DNA from: Macrostomum lignano
Taxonomy: Eukaryota
DNA: 64,000 bases
Assembly: GCA_002269645.1 (NCBI GenBank)
Contig: NIVC01000275.1
Span: forward strand, 310,001 to 374,000
Direction of reading: 5' to 3'
The notes beneath the pieces are model-generated. The model did not search any database. It saw nothing but the letters and a program-made list of their open reading frames with translations, and was not told the DNA's origin. Each line of letters starts with the position of its first letter. Position 1 is the first letter of the stretch. Shown piece by piece: positions 10,801-21,270 of the stretch. The position numbers and the translations under genes are program-made.

Positions 10801-12974
10801 AGCTTCATTCCTGAGTATTTGGGGCTCAGCGCGTCACAGAGTGGCTTATATGGTTAACCTGCTCCCCTTGGCGACAATCGCTTCTCTTCCCCGACGGTTC
10901 TCGCAGCCCCGGACGGAATGCTGTCTGGGGCTTCTGTACTCTTCTTCTCTCAAGCCTCACACGGCTTCATTTCACACAGAGCTGCCTGCCTCCATCCTGC
11001 ATTTCCTAGCACGGTTTGTTGCATATCTGGTACACAATTATTGCCAGCAGCATCGCAATTCTGCTCATCCAAAATACCACTCAGTCGGAAATTCTGACAG
11101 CTACAATTTTGCACAGCAGTAATTTCTTTCTGTTATAATTTTCACTCTGTCACTATGTCACTCACGTAAAGGTCAGATACTAGATAACTACATAATGTCA
11201 CTTAAATCATAGTCACTCGATCACAATGTCACTCGATCACAATGTCACTCGATCACAATGTCACTCGATCACAATATCACTCGATCACAATGTCCCTCGA
11301 TCACAATTTCACTCAAACACAATGTCACTCGATCACAATGTCACTCGATCACAATATCACTCGATCACAATGTCCCTCGATCACAATTTCACTCAAACAC
11401 AATGTCACTCGATCACAATGTCACTCGATCACAATGTCCCTCGATCACAATGTCACTCGATCACAATGTCCCTCGATCACAATTTCACTCAAACACAATG
11501 TCACTCGATTACAATGTCACTCGATCACAATGTCACTCGATCACAATGTCACTCGATCACAATGTCCCTCGATCACAATGTCACTCGATCACAATGTCCC
11601 TCGATCACAATTTCACTCAAACACAATGTCACTCGATTACAATGTCACTCGATCACAATGTCACTCGATCACAATGTCACTCGATCACAATGTCCCTCGA
11701 TCACAATGTCACTCGATCACAATGTCCCTCGATCACAATTTCACTCAAACACAATGTCACTCGATTACAATGTCACTCGATCACAATGTCACTCGATCAC
11801 AATGTCACTCGATCACAATGTCACTCGATCACAATGTCACTCGATCACAATGTCACTCGATCACAATGTCACTCGATCACAATGTCCCTCGATCCCAATG
11901 TCACTCGATCACAATTTCACTCAAACACAATGTCACTCGGTCGGCATTGTTACTCTTAATCTGAACCTCGCAACTCCAACAGATCGGCAGCGGGGGCCCC
12001 TCTGGTTTCTCCCAGGACGTCCGTCACGTGGCCTTCCTCTGCTTGGCCTCGCCCTGGCCAACCTCCAGCCGAAGTCGCGGCAGTCACGGCCTCCTCGAGC
12101 TCGCCTGTCTGGCCGAGTCAACCAATCAGAATCTGGAGGAGACCCCGGGTTCGAGTCCTCTACTAGTCGTTAGCAGGTTAGTTTGATTTATCAACGCAAC
12201 GATAATTTCATCACTAGGAAGATTTTGTCCCTAAGTAAATTTGTTCCCGCCATTGCGCAGCGACGGAGTGACCAAGTGCGGAGTCTTCTGCGTTCTGCAC
12301 ATGACCATGGACAAGATGCGCTACGAGGGCGAGGTGGACATCTTCCGGGCAGTCGAAAAGGTGAAGCGCAATCGGCCGCAGCTGGTTGGCAGCCAGGTGA
12401 GTTTTGGTTTCCGAGATTGGGCACCATCTGCCCAATTTATTACTCTCTGATCGTAGTGCAGTATGAAAATTGTGGCCTTTCATGGGGTGTGCTAATGATG
12501 AAGCCTTCCGCGGGACAACCATGGCCAGCAGAGAAGTTGCTTCTGGCGCCTTCGATTTTCGCTAAAAACTCCTTTATTAGCGCGTCTGAAAGTGACTGAC
12601 CTCCTCTGATAATAGCTCTTTCTGCTGCTTCCTGGGCGCTGGTTTTTGGGCTTCAAGCGTCCAAATTCATTCGCCACTGTTCACTCGCATTGCAGCAGGA
12701 GTATGAGCAGTGCTACTCCCTGGCGGAGCTGCTAGTCGAGTATTTCTTCTCTGGCCGGGTGTCCATCCAGGACAGTCAGAGCCTGCGGTTTCAGGACCTC
12801 GACCGAGTGCCTCCCGTCACCGGCCGGCCGGCCGCAATCGCGGATTTTCGATTTCCAACGTCGCAACCCGACGCCGGCGGGATGGGGCGCCGTACCCTGG
12901 ACGCTCTGCTGCTGCCCTGCGCCAGGCGGCGCCGGCGGGAGAGGCAGCTGCGATTGGCCGCCGCGATAGTGTGA
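1851..12974 (+). CDS. Ptp36E: Tandem-domain protein tyrosine (pseudo)phosphatase, Ptp36E-like, ~695 aa, 12 coding exons
   Basis: GT-AG exons with consistent phases: 1851-2012, 4057-4150, 5066-5154, 5243-5377, 5474-5590, 5965-6113, 7270-7661, 8885-8961, 9109-9372, 11983-12176, 12261-12396, 12696-12974 (2088 nt). D1 motifs: NKEKNLSERVLPY, YMNASWIDGY, FIAAQGP, DFWRMVW, IIVHCSDGAGRTGTY. D2 motifs: CAGGHRAENRWKSRD, DFINAVYVDG, YIVTQWP, LLVVSSDGVTKCG, EVDIFRAVEKVKRNRPQLV. No signal peptide or TM segment is visible. The Ptp36E assignment is from recalled motif similarity, and the start ATG is tentative. Confidence 0.88.
1991..2297 (+). repeat. 41-bp minisatellite containing the exon-1 3' end and 5' splice donor (7 full copies + partial)
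   Basis: Unit GGAGCTGCAGTATGAGTACAAG|GTGAGTAGCGGCTGGTTGT at 1991, 2032, 2073, 2114, 2155, 2196, 2237, partial at 2278. Confidence 0.95.
2298..3046. repeat. Mixed 14/19-bp minisatellite (CATGCAGACAYGGA / CATGCACTGCAGACAYGGA) in PTP intron 1
   Basis: Directly visible; it generates the repeat ORFs spanning 1880-3257. Confidence 0.95.
3238..3646 (-). other. Antisense exon-like ORF nested in PTP intron 1, weak death-fold resemblance
   Basis: Strong acceptor (TTTTGATTTCCTCACCGACTGCTTCTCGCCCACAG, AG at 3648-3647) opens a 135-codon non-repetitive frame containing GISFRKLAAALSLPESVL...EKKQLWQL...AMMGAL. Confidence 0.35.
3755..4009. repeat. 23-bp minisatellite (GCCASCTCAGCTCCTCAGGGYCY) in PTP intron 1
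   Basis: About 11 direct copies. Confidence 0.93.
4215..5060. repeat. 42-bp minisatellite in PTP intron 2, decaying into the acceptor of exon 3
   Basis: Unit CCCCATTCACCAACCGCACCTCATTCACCGATCTCCCCGACT; it gives 14-aa periodic ORFs. Confidence 0.95.
5606..5942. repeat. 12-bp minisatellite (TAGATCAGTGYA) filling PTP intron 5
   Basis: About 28 direct copies between the donor at 5591 and the acceptor at 5964. Confidence 0.95.
6209..6457. repeat. 20-bp minisatellite (GTGGCGCCCCAGATRCCAAA) in PTP intron 6
   Basis: About 12 direct copies. Confidence 0.93.
7011..7178. repeat. 21-23-bp minisatellite (GGCGCCCCTAGTACCTGAACTT) in PTP intron 6
   Basis: About 8 direct copies. Confidence 0.92.
7926..8120. 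repeat. 45/46-bp tandem repeat in PTP intron 7
   Basis: Unit CCAGAGTAGCTATACTGTCAAGCCAGAGTCACTTGCGTCKACCGC, about 4 copies. Confidence 0.9.
11212..11938. repeat. 16-bp minisatellite (TCACTCGATCACAATG) in PTP intron 9
   Basis: About 45 copies ending ~45 nt before the exon-10 acceptor. Confidence 0.95.
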
Positions 12975-15030
12975 TGTGACGTCATCACTATTATGTGAGA
13001 GCAGTAAAATGTTGGCATTTTGCTCAATGTACTGCTGCTTTGAATTATTCAGTAGTATACAGCGAAAAATTGCCCGATTGCCACTTTATACTGCTGGTAT
13101 AACAATGATAACTCTTAGTTCCTACATTGAGTTTAAGCGAATTGCAAATAAGCATATGCCAGCCATCGTGAATAAAGATCCGAAGATAAACTGACTGCCT
13201 AGAAATTATTTTATTGTTTTTTATAAGCGCACAAAGTATCTATGATAAGCATGCACCTCTGTGAATGATTTTCTGAATGAATGAGATTTTGCATTCTTAG
13301 AGTTTTTTTCCTCTCAGTCTCCACTCTGTGTTCAAAGCCATCGTATCCAGGTCTCGTCTTATTTAGAGTTTCGAAAATATTTTCAGATTTCATGTAAACC
13401 ATCCGTTACAAAAGTATTTTTGGAACAAATCCTCGACCTTCAATTTTAATTTTCCTTTTGAAAAAAATTGTTAAATATATCAAATAAAATTTTGAAAACC
13501 TTACACGGTGTAAAAGTAAAATATCCGGAGATTTAAATTTTATACCAGACGTTTTATTACCAGAAATCAACTGAATTAATTATCATCTATACAGCAATCT
13601 GTTTTTAGCATTAAAAAGGGTACTGAGAAACTGGTGGCAACGGAAGTGCAATTCTATTGTATTAAAAGACTCATAGTCGCACATGTATAAACATATCCTA
13701 GTACATGCATGTATGGCTGTAGTCCTTGTGTTCTTGAGCAAGGCACTACAAGTGAAATTTCTGATATTCAGCAGAAGTGACCAATTTATTTGTCCTTTGT
13801 AGAAAGAATCTTCACTCTGATAATTAAAGGGTATACAGTGTTGTTTATGGGTCCGGTTAAAAGTTTGATAGAGCTGACCTAGACAATTACAAGTAACTTA
13901 TAATAAACAGCGTGTACTTTAGCAGAGTATTATTAGTTGATGCTACATGTGGCGCCCGATTTTCTACATGCGGAGTGCATCTTACAACGATTAAGTGAGT
14001 TAGTGCAGTAAAATTCAGTCGGTGATCCGATGCCTACTGGCGATCCGCCGCAGCATTTATGATATCCTTATTGCTCATGAAAGCGAAGCAGTGTGTCCCC
14101 AGAAGAAAAGCGGGAAAAATACGAAATAATAGGACCGTTCGTAAAAGCGTTTTAGCTTCCGAGAAACGTTCCCGTCAATTCAAAATATCCAAAATGCAAG
14201 AAACCGCGCGGCACGAGCGTACGTGCATATATTTAATTTTTTGTCCCCAGTCGTAGCTACTGCTTGATTGGTGGCAATATTTAGTTACTTACTTTTTACT
14301 TGAAGGTAAACAAGCCACGAGTAGTCCTACTTTTGTGTAATTAAATCTACGGAAACAATTGTTCTTTGTTAATTGCCCATTCGATTCTTAATCTTGTGCT
14401 TAATTTTAAAATTCTTAATTTTAATGTCATCACAAATTCTTGGAATACTTTATTTATTTGATTTAAAGACAAATCTTTAAAAGCATATTTTATTAAGTCA
14501 TATAAAGACCTTAATAGTTGAAATTAAGAGTTTACATAAATTCTGATATTTTCAGTGGGTCAGATTATTGTTTTCTTGGCTTTGATTAATTTCATTCTAT
14601 TAAATAAGGCCATTTTACCAATATTAATAACTATACAAGGTGTAAGCTGAACTCCAAGGACTATACTAAGCTCTGCAAAGTGAAATAAAAAACAAATTTA
14701 TAATTAGCACAAAGTATTTTACCTATATTTTTGGCTTTAATGTTCACAAAAAAGTTTAAAAATATATCTATGCTTCACTTTGAAAATCTTTTTTATGCTT
14801 GTAGCTATTTATTCTAACAAATTCTTAGGAGTTTAAATTTTGGCATTATCTTTCGCCTCAGAAATTTTAATTTAGCAATAGCATTTAAACATTTTAATTT
14901 TTTATTTACTTCCATATTTCAGTTTTTAAACTCTTGTAGTTTTGAATTGTTGATTCTTATTTTTAGCTGAATTTTTGGCTGATAGTCCTATCAAATGAGA
15001 ATCAAATTTGCAGCAAATTAGACACAGAAA

Positions 15031-17972
15031 ATGCTTGTCACTGAAAGCACAGCTGAAGTGCTGCATGCAGACCTGTCCAGGTGGTCGGGCATCGACCCAC
15101 CAGAGATTCCACTGTCTCCGATTGACTCCGTGATGCCGCCCTGTTACATCACCGCCATCTACGTGTTCAAGAATGCCAATGGGTTGGCAGACTTCATGCC
15201 GTTCGACTTGCTGTCCGAGGGCTTGAAGCTGGCCATGGTCGACTTCCCGGATCTCAACTACCGGCTGAAGCGAAACTGCACCGGTGACTGCGTACTGGTG
15301 ACCGAGAACTGCGGGGTCCGGCTGGTCACCGCCAACGCCGACTTCTCGGCTGCCGACCTCGAGGCCATCAATTTCGACCCAGTCAGACTGCCGGCCAGCC
15401 TGCTGGATGGCAGCCCCGCTGACTGCGGACAGTTCGTGTGCAAGGTGCTGCTATGGGGGAGATGGGATTGGGGGTGGGAAAGATGGGATTGGGGGTGGGG
15501 AAGATGGGATTGAGGGTGGGGAAGATGGAATTGAGGGTGGGGAAGATGGGGTTTTGGGTGGGGGAGATGGGATTGAGGGTGGGGGAGATGGAATTGAGGG
15601 TTGGGGTGAGATGGGCTCGGTTAGGGTCATGGTAGCGGAGATGGGATAATTGAGTTGGGATCGTAATGTAAAATCGCACGCACCCGCAGTTCAAGCTGAC
15701 CCGCCTGTCCGACAACTCGGTGGCGCTAGGCGTCCTGCTGCACCATAACGTGATGGACGGAGACGGCGCATTCGGCTTTATCAACAGGTGCGCTGGAGAA
15801 GTTACTCCGTGCGAAGCTAACAAGCACACGAACCACTGAAGGAGCAGATGGTACGCTTGCAAGTTATCAAAATCCAACTTGTAACTTGTGAAATCTATCA
15901 AAAACGCCAGGTGGGCCGGCATCTGCCGGGAGCTGCGACAGCGGGGAGGTCGGCCCGCCGAGCCGGAGCTGCAGCGGCCGCCGGTGTCCCGCGACCGGTC
16001 GGTGCTGAAGCCCGACGGCGTCCCGTCAAGTGTCGACCACCAAGGTCGCGAGTACGCCTACGTGGAGCCGCAGCCGGCGCCCGAGCCCGAGGTCAAGCCG
16101 ACGCTGCCAGTAACCCAGGCGCCGCAATTCACGGCCCGTCTGTTCCACCTGAGCGCGGATTTTCTGGCCCGACTGAAGAACAGTGTTAATAGCGAGCCGG
16201 GCGAGCAGGTCAGGGAGAGGGGCTCGGTGCGAGATCCCAGCAGATAGCGGGACTTTTATTGTTTGGACGGCAGAAGGTCGTCGCTGGAGGGATTTAGTAG
16301 GCAAGTTGGTTGTCGTGGACGCCAAGTTTGTTGTCAGGGACGCCAAGTTGGTTGTCAGGGACGCCAAAGTTTGTTGTCGGGGACGCCAAGTTTGTTGTCA
16401 GGGACGCCAAGTTTGTTGTCAGGGACGCCAAGTTGGTTGTCAGGGACGCCAAGTTGGTTGTCAGGGACGCCAAGTTGGTTGTCAGGGACGCCAAGTTGGT
16501 TGTCAGGGACGCCAAATTAGTGGTCAGGGACGCCAAGTTGGTTGTCAGGGACGCCAAGTTGGTTGTCAGGGACGCCAAATAGGTTGTCAGGGACGCCAAG
16601 TTTGTTGTCAGGGACACCAAGCTGGTTATCAGGGTTGCTAAGTTGGTTGTCAGGGTCGTCCGTCAAATTTGAGGTCAGACACTCAAGCTTTGCCTTTCAT
16701 GTCTTTTACATGAAAGGACAATACTGTTGTGACAATACTTTTAGCAAACGCTTTCACAACATTTTCGCTTTACACTCCTTTCTTGTTACTCGCCTAGTGT
16801 CGAGCGTTCTTTATTATTTGTTATTCATAAGTGATCTAGCCACGTCGGGTTTAAGTTGGCACTCCTTACGTTAGCGAGGCACAAATTCTTATTCTGACTT
16901 CTTATTTCAGTTTTTATCTTATCAAGACGCCGGCCGGTCTGCCAGAAACGGTAGAGGGCTGCATGAGACCCAATTTTTAATTTGTTTAATCTTCTCCAGC
17001 TCAACTAGTACGTGGGGTCATTGCTAGCAATGTGTGTGACAGTTTCTGAGTAGGAAGGGAAAAAATTCTTTTCAACTTAATTTTATGCTACTCGTTAGTA
17101 AGCGATGTCTGTTCTGTTTAAAGAGGTTCAACAGCCTTAACTAATATCTCACAGAGATTATGAATTTGAGCGTCAAGTTTGGTGTGTCAGTGGTTTCAAG
17201 TTGGTGTGTCAGTGGTTTCAAGTTGGGGTGTCAGTGGTTTCAAGTTGGGGTGTCAGTGGCTTCAAGTTGTGTATCAGTTGTTGCTATTGAAGTGCTTGTT
17301 AGAAAGTCCTTATGGGGTGTCAGGATGGCGCCAGTGCAGTGGGTGTCAGGATGTCGCCAGTTCCTACCAGTGTGAATTACCAGCAGCTCCTGCCCGCCCC
17401 TGCAGCCCGCGGTCCAGTGCACCACCAACGACTGCTTGGTGGCGCTGCTGTGGCGCTGCGTCACGAAGGCAAAGCGGCTGCCCGCCGACGCGCCAACGAA
17501 ATTCGCCATGGCCTGCAACGCCCGCCAGCGCCTGTCGCTGCCGGCCGGCTACGCTGGCAACGCGAATTTCTACATCGCCGACCAGCTGACGGCTGGCGAG
17601 GTGGCCGACGGACTCAGCCTGGCCAGCCTGGCTCGCCGGGTTCGCGCCGCGGTGTCGCGCGGCACGGCGCCGGACTACCTGCGCTCCATCCTGCGCTGGC
17701 TGGCCGAGCGGCCCGACCGGTCGCGCATCCTGCCGGGCTTCCGGATGTTCGCCAACGACCTGGCCTTCACCTCCTGGGTGCACTTCCCCGTCTACGAGGC
17801 CGACTTCGGCTGGGGCCGGCCGTTGCGATTCGCCGTGCCGAGCGCCGGATTCGACGGCCTCGCCGTCCTGATGCCGAGGTTCGACGGCGACGGCTACGAT
17901 GTGCTGACCGGCTGCGAGGTGGACGCGATGGACCGGCTGGCGGCCATGCCGGAGCTGGCGAGACCGACTTAG
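15031..17972 (+). CDS. BAHD-family (HXXXD/DFGWG, Transferase-type) acyl-CoA acyltransferase, ~458 aa, 4 exons
   Basis: Exons 15031-15444, 15690-15787, 15911-16208, 17406-17972 join in frame through GT-AG introns (phases 0, 2, 0). Motifs: N-terminal LSPIDSVMPPCY, catalytic HHNVMDG, TTNDCLVALLW, GYAGNA, C-terminal TSWVHFPVYEADFGWGRP. Confidence 0.9.
15458..15612. repeat. ~20-bp G-rich minisatellite (GAGATGGGATTGAGGGTGGG) in acyltransferase intron 1
   Basis: About 7 degenerate copies right after the donor. Confidence 0.85.
16303..16660. repeat. 21-bp minisatellite (GTTGGTTGTCAGGGACGCCAA) in acyltransferase intron 3
   Basis: About 16 direct copies. Confidence 0.93.
17177..17270. repeat. 22-bp tandem repeat (GTTGGKGTGTCAGTGGTTTCAA) in acyltransferase intron 3
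   Basis: About 4 copies. Confidence 0.8.
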
Positions 17973-18689
17973 GGCCTTCGGATCTGTGCCCTGTCTACCG
18001 AATATGCTTGGGTGGAGTTTCAGGTTTTACCCACAGAGATTTTTACTGCAATAGTATAGTGCTCAATGAATTGACAGCATAATTGACAGGGACCTAATTA
18101 TTGACTAATTATCGCAGAGTGAACCGTCTCGCTTGCGGAATCGCGCAATTATCTCCTAATTAAAGTCCCCCCCAATAGAGCCAGAAAATTTTCACCAATT
18201 ACCCAGAAGTTTCGTCAGTTTTTATGGATTTTATTGCGTCTGATTTTGCTGATTTTCAGTCCAATCAAAAGAATTAAAAATTTTCTAAACAAATAAATCA
18301 GAACTCTCGCTCTAATTCCAAGTAAATATACTCCCCATTTCTCCCTTGCAAATTTATTTCTTTTATTTTAGGCTTCAACAATGACAGGGTGCTAACTACT
18401 TAACAAAATCCAAGCTTAAATTTCGCTAGAAGCAATCAAATCAATAATTTTACTAAATTTATAACACAGACACGGTACGGCGCGGCACAGACACTGGCAA
18501 AGCTACAGCTAATTAATCCACAATGGCTTGCTGTGATGGGGTTTGTGACCAAAGGAACTGCTATGGGGTTTGTACTGTCTGCATTCATGAGACGGACGAG
18601 AAGAAAGGAGCGAGACGCTGGAGAGACGTGAGACTGATATGATGGGACTGAGAAGGCTGGCAGGTCAGAGTGGAGAAAGACAGAAAAGA

Positions 18690-19600
18690 TGGGAGACAGG
18701 TGAGATGAGAGGAGAGAGACGGGCATGCTAGGAGAGACAGGTGACAGGTGAGAAGATGAGGGGAGAGAGACGGGCATGTTAGGAGAGACAGGTGACAGGT
18801 GAGAAGATGAGGGGAGAGAGACGGACATGCTCGGAGAGACAGGTGACAGGTGAGAAGATGAGGGGAGAGAGACGGACATGCTCGGAGAGACAGGTGACAG
18901 GTGAGAAGATGAGGGGAGAGAGACGGACATGCTCGGAGAGACAGGTGACAGGTGAGAAGATGAGGGGAGAGAGACGGACATGCTCGGAGAGACAGGTGAC
19001 AGGTGAGAAGATGAGGGGAGAGAGACGGACATGCTAGGAGAGACAGGTGACAGGTGAGAAGATGAGGGGGGAGAGACGGACATGCTAGGAGAGACAGGTG
19101 ACAGGTGAGAAGATGAGGGGAGAGAGACGGACATGCTAGGAGAGACAGGTGACAGGTGAGAAGATGAGGGGGGAGAGACGGACATGCTAGGAGAGACAGG
19201 TGACAGGTGAGAAGATGAGGGGAGAGAGACGGACATGCTAGGAGAGACAGGTGACAGGTGAGAAGATGAGGGGGGAGAGACGGACATGCTAGGAGAGACA
19301 GGTGACAGGTGAGAAGATGAGGGGGGAGAGACGGACATGCTAGGAGAGACAGGTGACAGGTGAGAAGATGAGGGGAGAGAGACGGACATGCTAGGAGAGA
19401 GAGACAGGTGACAGGTGAGAAGATGAGGGGAGAGAGACGGACATGCTAGGAGAGACAGGTGACAGGTGAGAAGATGAGGGGGGAGAGACGGACATGCTAG
19501 GAGAGAGAGACAGGTGACAGGTGAGAAGATGAGGGGAGAGAGACGGACATGCTAGGAGAGACAGGTGACAGGTGAGAAGATGAGGGGAGAGAGACTGTCA
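18690..19600. repeat. 51-bp purine-rich minisatellite
   Basis: Unit GGAGAGACAGGTGACAGGTGAGAAGATGAGGGGAGAGAGACGGACATGCTM, about 17 copies. Confidence 0.95.
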
Positions 19601-20292
19601 TGCAAGGAGAGACACATGACATGCAAGGAGGGGCCCCACAACATCAGCAAATTACAAGACACGCAACAACAGTCTAACAAACAAATTAGGTCAAAAGCTC
19701 AGTTCGCGACCCTACAGTAAGTTTTAACAGAGGCAAACAGTACAAATCAAGGTAGAAGGGGTGGGTGATAACGCAGGTGCATTGAATGCGGCTAATATGG
19801 GTGTGACAGGTGTACCTTGTATGGATTATCAGTGAGACACCGCTAAAACTGATGAATGACACAAACTACACACGCAGTCATAAATAAATATATGGATATA
19901 TTGATAGCCAGATCGATGTGTACAGAGGAGCATGCGCTTATAAAAATAAATTAATATTCATAATCGATTGCAAATAGTCAAATAAGTTGGTTTAAATTTA
20001 ATGATAAAATCTGGTTTGGGGTGGCTGAGACTGGTACAGACAATCTACGCATGTAATGTATCGCAATTCTGAACAAGGAACAAAGTAAAAGACAAAGATT
20101 TACACACAGAGAGAACAGAGTCTGGCAGAATCTATGCAGGCTTAAAAGGTGCATGAAATATTTGGTTGAGGACTGTAATTGTAAAGAAATTTGCTTTTAA
20201 AACACAAATCCGACCTTAACCAAACTTAACCAAAGCAATCCTTCGGACCTCTACTGATGATCACCTGGTTGGGCTGTCCATGAGGTCAGCTG

Positions 20293-21048
20293 TGTCTCAG
20301 TTATCAAAAGATGGGATCTCGGTTATCAAAAGATGGGATCTCGGTTATCATAAGATGGGATCTAAGTTATCAAAAGATGGGATCTCAGTTATCAAAAGAT
20401 GGGATCTCAGTTATCAAAAGATGGGATCTCAGTTATCATAAGATGGGATCTCAGTTATCAAAAGATGGGATCTCAGTTTCAAAATATGGGATCTCAGTTA
20501 TCAAAAGATGGGATCTCAGTTATCATAAGATGGGATCTCAGTTATCAAAAGATGGGATCTCAGTTATCAAAAGATGGGATCTCAGTTATCATAAGATGGG
20601 ATCTCAGTTATCAAAAGATGGGATCTCAGTTATCAAAAGATGGGATCTCAGTTATCAAAAGATGGGATCTCAGTTATCAAAAGATGGGATCTCAGTTATC
20701 AAAAGATGGGATCTCAGTTATCAAAAGATGGGATCTCAGTTATCATAAGATGGGATCTCAGTTATCAAAAGATGGGATCTCAGTTATCAAAAGATGGGAT
20801 CTCAGTTATCATAAGATGGGATCTCAGTTATCAAAAGATGGGATCTCGGTTATCAAAAGATGGGATCTCGGTTATCATAAGATGGGATCTAAGTTATCAA
20901 AAGATGGGATCTCAGTTATCAAAAGATGGGATCTCAGTTATCATAAGATGGGATCTCAGTTATCAAAAGATGGGATCTCAGTTATCAAAAGATGGGATCT
21001 CAGTTATCAAAAGATGGGATCTCAGTTATCATAAGATGGGATCTCAGT
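20293..21048. repeat. 22-bp minisatellite (GATGGGATCTCAGTTATCAWAA) downstream of headcase
   Basis: About 34 direct copies. Confidence 0.95.
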
Positions 21049-21270
21049 TTTAGAGGGTGAAGTATACAGGCAATCTCAGTATCGAAGGAAAGGATTTAAG
21101 CAAGCATCTACAGATGACATTTCAATATCAGAGATCAGTGGATGATATCTCAGCACGAGAGACTGCGATATCAGTTTAACAACATGTCGGTAATAATTAA
21201 TCTAATAAAATCAAAGAAATAAAACTGGGGAAATCTTTTGCAGCTACAAGAGACCGTCTCGGACTTCGGC

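Noticed and set aside
10080-11100. GC-richer unique segment in PTP intron 9 as a retroelement fragment or hammerhead ribozyme
   Set aside because: No RT or endonuclease motif could be read, and the CTGATGA near 10405 lacks the stems and downstream GAAA of a hammerhead.
12105-12165. tRNA-like A-box/B-box pair (TGGCCGAGT ... GGTTCGAGTCC)
   Set aside because: The T-stem and acceptor stem do not pair, and the sequence is coding in PTP exon 10.
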